Source: Raillietiella orientalis
Lineage: Eukaryota
Assembly: GCA_036172245.1 (NCBI GenBank)
Contig: JAYWIR010000053.1
Location: forward strand, 310,001 to 374,000
DNA length: 64,000 bases
Reading direction: 5' to 3'
Numbering within the stretch: position 1 is the first letter of the stretch; each line of letters begins with the position of its first letter. Position numbers and translations under genes: made by a program. The notes under the pieces are model-generated. The model had not been told where the DNA came from and did not search any database. It saw nothing but the letters and a program-made list of their open reading frames with translations. Below are positions 1 to 10,005 of this stretch, one piece after another.

Positions 1-743
1 AGATGAAGTGGCCCCCGGCGTCCTGGAACAGTGGATCATCCCCCTGAAATGGCAGGATGTGGCGTTGCTTGTGGTCCTCTGGGGACTTCCATTCAAAGCA
101 CGCCTTCATCACACAACCCGTGGGGCTGTGGATCCTTATTGTGACCGGTGCGGGGAAAAAGAGACCTTCCCCCACCTTCTCATCGAGTGCAGTGCCATTC
201 GCCCTTTATGGGATCGCCTTACGGCGATCCTGGACTTGCGCGGATGCGGCCCTAAGGACGTTTTTAGGCTCCTCTTCCGTAGTGACGCCTTGTCCCCCCC
301 CTCTTCTGTAGCAGTGTAGCAGTCCTCTGTTGCATTCGAGGATGTGCGGCTTTCTGGAACGCCAATGCCTAGTACGCCGCCAACCGGCAACGCCTTACGG
401 TTCACCCGCCTATTCTGTCGAGACGTCTGCAAGTGGCGCCACTTGGGCGCAGAGAGGACTCAGCTTGTACGGATCCTAAATAGGATCTAGAGGACCTATC
501 CGCCCGCACGGTGATCTTCTCCCTGCCCTCCCATTCCCGAAACATTTGCTCCCTCCCATACTTCAACTATTTGTTTGTTTTTTGTTTTGTTCTTTCCCAA
601 CCCCCGCGGATCGGATGGACCTCTACGGCATAGCGCCCGTAAATACCAAGCTGTTTTGTAGTGGTGGACCTTTGGGTTCATCACGCGACAATCCATTGTG
701 ATTTTATTCTTTTGAATAAATTCCCCGGCATATCCGGGTGAAA
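1..743 (+). mobile_element. 3' fragment of L1/Tx1-type LINE (family C): degenerate ORF2 C-terminal zinc-finger region and 3' UTR
   Basis: CDRCGEKETFPHLLIEC motif; C-rich then T-rich UTR; AATAAA 715-720 followed by CCCGG-catat-CCGGG hairpin; paralogous to 60343-61075. Confidence 0.85.
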
Positions 744-1414
744 ACGCGGTTCCGGCTTCGTGCGGCGAAATCGCTACGGTCGCGATCGATAGCGCGGCAC
801 ACGTTGCTGCGATCGACACTGTTGTTCCAGTCCAGTCCACTGGAAGCATTGTAGCGGCGTGCGAAAGCTCAGCCGCTGCGGTTCGGAACAATAGCGCGCC
901 AGTTGCCGCAATCGAATCGCTTGTTACGTCACCCAAATCGCAACAGGCGGAGAAATCCGTGATGACGTGGAACGCATCCCTGTTGCAAACTTCGCGCAAG
1001 CCGCGGAAGAGTTGGCTGCCTTCCTGAGGCAGCGACCTCCACTTCGTCTTTCTCGCCAATGGAGAGGAGTTTTGCTGACGTTGCTGCCACAGAGCCGTCA
1101 AAGGGAAACCACTCGAGGAGTCGCAGTTGCGGGCATACGTAGCCCAAGGCTATAGACCTGCTCTCCGATATAAGGTGAGTGGTATTCTTTCTGCGCGCGA
1201 CGGGAATTCGTTCAACGATGAACTGACCCGTGTTGGCGTGCGGGAGGAGGACCTTCTCGCCATTATGCCCGTAAATAATATGAACTATTTCAAGGTGCGT
1301 TGCAAAGACGCTGCACTTGTGCAACGCTTGCTGCGCACCCCGTTGTCGATCCGTGGCCAGAAGGTTTTCCCGGCCGCCATGGGCGACTCATTTGTGGCGG
1401 AGATTTTTGACATC
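744..1414 (+). pseudogene. Frameshifted ORF1 fragment of a D-like LINE
   Basis: LRAYVAQGYRPALRYKVSG...FVAEIFDI aligns with FQAYVSSGYMPALRYKISG...FVVQLCDI of the ORF1 at 40765-42010; also contains FAQAAEELAA found in other ORF1s here. Confidence 0.7.
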
Positions 1415-3478
1415 AGATTTTCCGACGTCAGACGTTCATTGAAGTTCGATAGCACTTGTCCTTACTGACCCGGAGGCGGATAAGATCCTTCACTGGCGCC
1501 GGGACGGCAAAAATAAAAGAAAACAAAAACAAAAAGAGAAAAACGTCTGGAGGGCAATGTTTCTGAGGTGGGGGAGGGAAGGAGGGGATCACGGTGCGCC
1601 GTGAGCAGGCCTTTGCATCCGGTTTCGGATGCGAACAAGTGCCGGCAAATGTTTTTGAAGTCGGCGCCAACGGCACGCTTTCTCAAAGGAGAACGCTGCC
1701 CAGTGGATGGCATTCCGGCTGGTCCTACCTCTCCTAGACGCCGTCCACTTCTCCAGGATACCGCGTATGCAGCAGAGCACTGCTACGCTTCCGAAGGCTG
1801 GCAAGCCGTCTCGCGTCACGAGGCGTCTGAATAAGGTTTTCGGGTCACCCTCCGGAATGTTGAGGATCGTCCAGAGTCTGTCCCACATTCCGCGGAGGGC
1901 AACACACTCCAGAATCAAGTGAGAGAAGGTCTCCCTTTCCCCGCACTCTGCACAACTAGCATCCACATTCTCCGTTGTCCAGCGAGACAGGCGTGCTCTG
2001 CTTAAAAGTCGCCACTGGAGGAGAAGCAACGCCGTCTCCTGCCACTGCAGGGGAAGGGTGCCGTTGTTCCATGAGGCTGGGGGCCACCTCACCTCCTCCG
2101 GAGGTATACCGAGCAGCGCGCTTCAGCGTAAAAGTCCGTTCCACGGGACAGTCGGGGTACTAGCGTCCGCTAGTTCCCTCGGCGTCCACGCCTTCAGCAA
2201 ATTTTTCCTGCCTCCGTTGAGGCAGGACACTTCCCACGATGCCTGTTGGTGGCTTTTTTGAAGTTCCCTAAGGAAGGGCAGCACTAAGGCAAGGGGGGTG
2301 AAGGAAGCCCACAGAAGATTCCGTGGGTTGGAAACGATCAACAGGAGTGGCTGACCAGCGTGCCTCCCTCTGCGGAGGCAGGAGAAGTCCTCATCGCTGG
2401 TGTCATTGATCTTCGCCCATGCAGAAACGTACCCCTGAAGCCAAGTAGTGCAATCCGCTGGGATTCAGGAGATCCAAGGGTTGTGTCTCATCAGGGCAAC
2501 CAAGTCCCGCAGCTGATGACCACAATGTTTCAGGCTGCGTTCGTTGGCTACCAAAATTGAAGTCAGTCCGAAGCAGCCGGTTGCCCTGTGAGCAAGGAGT
2601 CTTGCCGATGCATACCAGGGTGCTGTCCAAAAGTTTGCCACAAGAGCAAGTTTTCTGAATTGGTGCTGTCGCTCCATGCGCTCCAACGTCAGGAGACCAA
2701 GTCCAGCGTCCCTGCGTTTAGCGCACAAGTCTTTGAGCGGGACGCGGGGCCTCCAATTGCCCCAGAGGGCTTTTCGTATCAGGCTCCTAGTCCGTGTCCT
2801 AATTTGGTAAGGAGTAGCGCGCACAAAAAGTAGGGGGCGAAGGAGGGGGGCCGCGAAAGCGTTCCATACCGTGGCCCGTTCCTGCAAATGAAACTTGCCG
2901 TCCCGGAACGGGCCGATCGCCAGCTCCACCTTTTGTAGACGGTCGGACCAGGCTTCTGCAGAGCAGAAGTCCCCCAACGGAACGCCAAGGTACTTGATGT
3001 ACCTGCCCGTGGGGATCCCCAAGCGGATCCAGTCCGACCGTCCGGCCCTCGTCGAGTCGGTGAAAAGCAACGACGATTTCGTCCTGTTTACCTGGAGGCC
3101 TGTTCCACGGTATAGCAACTCGAAGAAATCTTCGAGCGCCGATGCCTGGGTTGACCCGGGATGCAGGAGCAGAAGATCGTCGGCATAGGTCGACACGGCA
3201 GGCGTGCCGGGACACGAGCTCGACAGGGTTGCCAAAGTCTCCCTGTATGCTCTTAGCACCAACTCAAAGTAGATGCTGAAGAGCAGGGGGCTGAGGCTGT
3301 AACCCTGCCGGATGCCACGACGAACCGGCACGCCGAAGACGTTGCGGTCGCTGAAATTGATATTGATGAGCGCGAAGCGCCAGCAGGAGCGCAGGAAGGC
3401 CATTAAGACGGCCGGAAATCCCAAGCGTTCCAGGAGTTCCAGAAGGAGTTCCTCGTCGACGCAATCGAAAGCTTTACG
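1415..3478 (-). mobile_element. 3' half of a LINE ORF2 (RT from RKAFD to zinc finger) plus part of the 3' UTR
   Basis: RGIRQGYSLSPLLF, YADD, KYLG in ORF 2465-3424; CAECGERETFSHLILEC in 1589-2092; begins at RKAFDC next to the 5' end of a B element. Confidence 0.85.
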
Positions 3479-3482
3479 TCAG

Positions 3483-5454
3483 CTAGAGCGGACGTGTTTC
3501 CTCGGTGCTCCTCGTGCCGAAAACCGTCCCTAGGTGTAGGCTTCGTGTGTGGTGGTGGTCGATCAGGCAGCAATGCCTGACACGACCACCAGTGCGTGTC
3601 AGGGGGCTGTGGCAACGTCGCCTCCTGAAGGAATGGAGTGCCAGGTGGCGGCGGCAACGTCGCCTCTAAAGAAGGTGGAGTGCTAGGAGGAGGCGGCAAC
3701 GTCGCCTACACTGGCGAAGGAGGTGGGGGCGTCCGCATCTACAAAATCGGTCCCCGCTGCAGCGCGGGCGTGGAGCGATGTCGTGTCGGCGCCATCGCCT
3801 GCAGACGCGGCGGAATTGTCGGCCTATGTGGAGGAGGGGTACAACCCCTCATTGTTCTACAAGGTAGGCAAATTATATTCTTCTGAGAGTGCACGCGCCT
3901 TTTCGAAGGGGATGCGCGCTCTCGATGTTAAAGAGGAGTAGCTCTGCGCTATGACCATTCGTAGCGGGGGGCAGTACGTAGAGGTGATCTGCAACCATGC
4001 AGATCTGGCCCAAAGTCTGCTTAAAATCCTTGTGGTAATGAAAGCATGCAGGCTTCTTCCTGTTACGGCGGACCACAGTATGGTGGTCTACCATTTAGGA
4101 GTTACCGCGCGGATGCGGAAAGAACAGATACGCTTCGCGTTGGGAAAAGAAGGCACGGTCCATGCAGTATGGACCAAGCCTAGTCCTTTCGAGGACTATA
4201 CCACAGTTCAGTGCGGCCTCACGGTTGTCCGTGTAACCGTTTGGGAGGGCTCTACCCTTCCCCACAAACTGGTGGTCGGCGGAGTAAGCGTCGACCTCTG
4301 GTACGTGGGTAAGCCCAAATACTGTGGCTTCTGCAACACGTCGGGACACCTCAAAAGGAGGTGCCCCAACGTACAGTGCCAGGTATGCGGGACAATGGGC
4401 CACACGAAGGAAGTGTGTCCACAATCCGCTGTGCCCGTGGTTTCCGCGAGGAACCTAAAAAAACGCGCGCGGCTGCTACAGAAAAGGCTGGGGGCGAAGG
4501 CTGCCGCTCAAGCTGTGCCACCCACACCCGTGATCCAGGCCGAAGCCGACACCCCGGCAACGAATGCCGAAAAGATCGACAAACGCGGACAGGTGTCGGA
4601 ATGCCAAGAAGTCACAGCGAAAAAGAAGAAAAATTCGAAGAAAGAACGACGAATCGAAAAAAAGCTCGCCTACCAAAATAAAAAACAGCAGGTTAGCGAG
4701 AATTCAAAAGAGAGCAACGTCGTCGTGGAACGCGTCCCCGCCGAACGCCGCAAGGTAGAAATCGCTGCTACCGACGAGCAACCCACTGTTGAAGATGTCA
4801 ACAGCGTGGGGAGCGAACCGGCAGAAGCGTCCTTCATCGAGACCGTGATAGATGACGCCGCCTTCGAGCGTGCGGCGGAAGAGCTGGCTGCATAGTTGCA
4901 GCCAGACCCCTCCAAGGCTGGAAAAAAGGCAGTGAGGCGTCCGGACTCCACCGAGGAGTCGGTAACTTCCGACCTTGAAGCGCAGGACGGAAACCAAGTT
5001 TCCATCTCCGCGGCACCCCGCCGGAAGGCTGGAAGGAATTCCAGCAAACCCCGGAAAGCCCCTCTCCAGGTCGAAGACGTGGAGATGACTTCCGACAGCT
5101 AGGGTGCCATGAGCGTGTGAGAATCCCGGGAATCGTTACTCGAGAGACCATTACGCACAGACACGAAACAGATGGAGGGGGTTGAAGCCGGAAAGGTACC
5201 CAAGGTGCCTGAGGAGGCTGAAACCCTAATGTTCATCTCACCCGCCTCGGAAGAGTCGGGTTCCCCCACACCGTCATCTTCCCGGAAGTAATGCCGGAAA
5301 TCTCCTCCCGCCGTCGTCTGCGCATCGCCGTTTGGAACGTGAACGGAATGACAGACGCCGGCAGGAGACGATACATGGCCGCCATTCTAGGATCGTTCGA
5401 CCTTGTGCTGCTGCAGGAGATCCATGTGATCTCTGCAGAACAAGCGCAGGAGAT
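3483..5454 (+). mobile_element. 5' part of family B LINE: 5' UTR, disrupted ORF1 (ATG 3573, stop 5289-5291), ORF2 start
   Basis: CTAGAGCGGACGTG 5' motif; knuckles CGFCNTSGHLKRRC and CQVCGTMGHTKEVC; TAATG overlap; IAVWNVNG...QEIH; in-frame stops present. Confidence 0.88.
3605..3710 (+). repeat. Three degenerate ~40-nt tandem units (core GGCAACGTCGCCT) in the B ORF1 N-terminus
   Basis: Core seen at about 3611, 3653 and 3695; the B copy near 52600-52670 has two related units (AATPPPEAME / AATSPPEAME). Confidence 0.7.
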
Positions 5455-8400
5455 TTCTCACCCGGTCACGCCTGGGCGTTTATTCCATATAACATAACCA
5501 AAAAAAGCAATTTTACAAAATAAACCAGTTAAGAACCAAACTCCCAACCGACGACTGAACAAGAATAAAGAGAATATTGCTGCCACGCAGGGCAGAGTAA
5601 CAGTTTTGTGAACGATGTGGGGGAGCCGGGAACGCAAAGAAACCAAAATAAAATAAAAACAATGAATAAGGAGGACGGGATAAGGGTCTTTGGGATCGCT
5701 TTGGAAGACACAAAAATAAAAGCATGGGCACCGGAAGTTTTACCGAAAGAACGAGGACGCGGTATATGTGGGCGAGAGGTCGCAGGGGTCAACGGATTAC
5801 GCAGTTCTCAGAGGTGTGTAAACCGGCGATGTTTGCCGGTGATGTCCTAATTCACCTTGTCACGAAGATGAGACCACCTGGAAGCCTTCTTCATGAATTG
5901 AGCTGCAAGCAGGTGAGCCTCCCTTTGCTGCGATGACAACTCCAGGGCGTAGCGGGACTTTACGATGGCGCGAATGCAACACATGGTTGCGACAATCGCG
6001 CCAACCGAAAGTCCATTTCTGCTGAAGAAGCGCCGCAGCACATCATTGGCAGTGCCTCCTTGTGGCATGATGGCCGAAGTGAGCCTTCGCCACAGTTCCC
6101 GGAGGTCACCGCAGTCCAGCAAAACGTGCGGAAAAGACTCGATCTCTCCGCACCTTAAACAGTTTGCAAAGCAGCTCCCCCGGAAGCGAGGCTTGGCTGC
6201 CTTTTTCAGTCTAATGCACAATGTAAAAAGAGCAGCACATCTTGTTTCCACTTAAGGGGGAACACAGAGCTGTCCAAACAAACGGGGGTACCACTACCTC
6301 TCCGGGGGGCACACTTAAATGTTCGCTCCACCGAAGCAGTCCCTTCGCCCGATTCCGAGGTGTGGCGGCTTGCACCAGCTCCTTTGTGGTCCAGCTACGG
6401 AGGAGCTTACTGACTACCGCTATTCTGCAGGAGAGCTCCCATTCCGCCGGTAGGCAACCGTCGTTGCTTTCCCTGAGGGCACACAGCGCTGCGGCGATTG
6501 GTGTGACGGCCAGACGATCAGACAACTTCTTGTCCTGCATGACTTCGTCCATTTGATGACTGAGGAGAAGTCGCAGGCGTCGAAGATCTTCCGGGCGCGT
6601 TCCTTCGGAAGCTGGCCACGATGAAAAAGATTCCTGCCGCCATGCACTAATGTTCATGGGGCGGCAGGAGATCCAACTTTGGGCTTCCAGCAGAGAGGAC
6701 AGCTGCCTCAGCGGGAAGCCAAACCCTATTCTGGTGTGCCGAAAGTGGGGTAGCAACGAAAGCAGTCCCTCGCTTCCCGTGCAGCGCCTCAGTATAAGGC
6801 GTGCGGGTAAGCACCACGGCGTACACCACAGCTTGGCACAGAGCCGCAGCATGCGGAACTGAACCTGCAGTTCGATGCTGTTTAAGTCGAGGATGCCCAA
6901 GCCTGCATCCTGACGCGCCGCCACCAAGTCTTTAAGTCTAACACGGGATCTTGCAGCGCCCCACAACGCTTTGCGTAGAAGGCGCTGCGCCCAGACTTTG
7001 ACTTCCTGGGGGGGTGGACAAACAAAAAACAGGGGGCGGAGGAGGGGAACAACCAAGGTGTTCCAGATGCAGGCCCGTTCCTGCAAGACGAACTCGCCTT
7101 CTGAAAACGTACCAAGTGCAAGCTCTGCCTTCCGAAGGCAGTCCGACCACGCTTCTGAGATGCAGAAGTCGCCCAACGGCACGCCAAGGTACCTGAGCTA
7201 CCTGTCGGTGGGGATCCCCAGGTCGATCCAGTCAGACTGCCCCTCCCACGTCGCACCCACCGGAACAACCATACACTTACTGCTGTTAACGCTCACGCCC
7301 GCACCGCGACGAATCAACTCAAAGAAGTCTTCAAGCGATGTCGCCGGGGTGGACATGGGCAACAGGAGAAGCAGGTCGTCGGCATAGTCTGCCACGGCCG
7401 GCGTACCTGGACAGGAGCTCGGCAGGTTGGCTAGCGTCACCCTGCCTAATTCCTCGTCTTACCGGCACGCCGTAAACGCGACAGCCACAGATAACAATGG
7501 ATGTAATCGCGTGGCGCCAGCAGGAGCGCAAGTACGCCAACAGCGATGCCGGAAGACCCAGACGTTCCGAAAGCTCAAGAAGAAGCTTTTGGTTCACGCA
7601 ATCGAAAGCTTTGTGCAGATCGACTGCAACCGCCAAGGCTCCCGGTGTCTCCCTTTGCGTCCCGCGCCTCCGTCGGTAAGAGATCGGAAGCGTCGCTTCC
7701 GCACGACGATCCACCGCCACACGATGCTGCAATTGCAGTCATGTGCAGATGAACAAGAGATTCGCGTCCATGGACCGCCCAGGAACAGCGTACGTCTGCT
7801 CCGGTCTTACCAAGGATTCCGCGATCCTACCCATCCGCGCCACCTAAAGTGTCGAGAACAACTTGACGTCCGAATTCACTAATGTGATCGGACGCCAGTT
7901 GTTCAGTTGGCGCAAATCTCCGCCTTTCGGCAGTAGACGCACCTTCGCTGAGCGAAACGAGGCGGGGACATCGCCCGAGTCTCGCATCAGCGACGAGAGT
8001 TGGAGCACAAGGCGGATGAGCTCCGCCGCAGAACACTGAAAGAATTCCGCAGGGAGCCCATCTTCGCCTGGCGCTTTTCGTCTCTTGAGCAATGAGATGG
8101 CCGAGGAAATTTCCTCTGCCGTGTAGGGCTCATCAAGACGCGCCCGTTCCTCCTCGTCTACAACAGGTGCATCAATCGGCAGAAGCAGCCGGGAGAGGCT
8201 GCGTTTCGTCTGTGCCTCTGCATACAGAGAAGAGTGATAGCGCCTGACTATCACTCGCACGTCGGCTGGAGCCGAGCATTCCTGGTCCTGGTCGTCGAGC
8301 AGAACTGTCGCCCCTGACTGCCACACCTGGCGCTCGGCCTTGGCCTTGTACTCGGATAATCGACCAACGTCCGCGCGCCTGGAAAAGGAGCGGGCCTGCA

Positions 8401-10005
8401 GAAAATCTCTGCTGTTGGCTACGCCCTCTCCGAAGCCGCGCGGAAGCTGGTGCAAGGGAAACCGGCACCATAACTCGCGGACCGATCTTTACAGATCGTC
8501 CCAGTCCTCCAGCTCACTTATGGCAAAGTCGAGGAGGTACTGGCGAATATACTCAGCCGCCTCCAGGTTGCTTAGCCAGTCTGCCGACATCCTTCAAAAA
8601 CAGTTTGGAGGCCCCTTGCCTGGCGGGAGCAACTCGAACTCGAGCCTGTTGTGGTCTGAAAGCACGGACGGCATGGCACCTCTCCGACACACTCGACAGA
8701 GCAAGTGTTCATCAAGGTATACGTGGTCCGGCGTTGCTGCCATAACAGGGTCGCTAGCGAACAAGTTGCAGGCGTGCACGGACGCGCACATCTCTTCCGC
8801 TAGCAACTTTTCCCTTTTCTGGGATCTATTCTCGGAAAGCAGGTGGACGTTAAAGTTCCCCGCAATGAGATGGGCCACAGTAGGGTGAGATCGAGTGAGT
8901 TACTGGCTTTGAAGGGTACCGAAGAACTCAATCCTTTCGGTCCATCGTCCAGCACCGCTCGGCGCGTACTCGTTGGTTACGACAAGGTCGATCGAGTCGG
9001 ACCACTTGAGTACAAGCTGTCCCACTCGGCCTTCCGTGTCGAAACGAACGCTGCGCACCGCTCCCGCCAAAGTTCCTTGCACGAGGAAAGCGACGCCGCA
9101 CGTACGTGCAACGCCGCACCTATAAAGTAGCGTTCCGCCCGCGCGCCGTACGATTTCGGCAGCCTGCTCTCCGGAGATGCTGTGAATCTCCTGCAGGAAC
9201 GTCAAGTCGAAGGCGGGCAGAGCGTCAGCCAATAGTCGCCTCTTCTCCTCGTGTTGGAGCCCGTTGACGTTCCAAGAGGTTAAGGCAACACGACGAGAAG
9301 ACGCAATTACCCTCATGACGGCTGGGAAAGCGAGGCCGTGGTGCTCGCCTCACCCGGCGAGCGGGCAGTAAGCAGCACGACGGGCTGGAGGGCGCACTCG
9401 CCACCGGCCTCAACTGTGCTGCACGTAATCGGGTGCTCCTCCCCGGGTGCAGAACCTGTGGGTTCCGGGGTGAGCACTCGCCGTTTCGCGGCGAGTGTGT
9501 CACGCCTCTGGGCTTGAGCCCTGCGTGCGCTCGCTCTTGCGCGAGTGACGCGTCGTTCAGCGGCGCTATCGGACTCCTTTGTGGAGTCAGATGCTCGCAC
9601 GATCGACGTGCGCTTGCATCCATCCGATTGCACCGGGATAGCCTTCCCGGCGGTCACAGAAGCGGACTTGCACGCGTTGAAGGCGCAGGCTTTTTCCTTG
9701 GAAGAGGCACAAGCAGCGCGTGTTTTCGAATTCCCGCGACTGCGTTTTCCTTTGGAAGAGCTCAGGGATTTATGTTGCGTAGCTTTTTTTGGAGATTTTT
9801 CTTTCCTCCTGTCCACAACCTGCTATTCGCCTCCGCGATTTTCGGAAGCTTCCGCGACAGAAGTTGCGGAAACCTCCAGGATTTTGGCTGCGTTCTCTGG
9901 GGTCGTTGCTTTCGCTACGCCTTTAAATGGCGGCAACGGAGTCATATTGTTGAAAGTTGTTCGCTGACTCGGCAGGAGATTCCTCCTCTCCTGCCGAGAC
10001 AGCGA
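5455..10005 (-). mobile_element. Family D LINE copy D1: ORF1 C-terminal half, disrupted ORF2, 3' UTR
   Basis: Colinear with the intact copy at 24941-29558; has stops, frameshifts and a 62-nt RT deletion near 7439; terminal hairpin 5461-5476. Confidence 0.9.

Noticed and set aside
7430..7445. 62-nt gap in D1 RT as a spliced intron
   Set aside because: It removes the essential SLSPLLF motif, shifts the frame and has GTCA microhomology at both ends, so it is an ordinary deletion.
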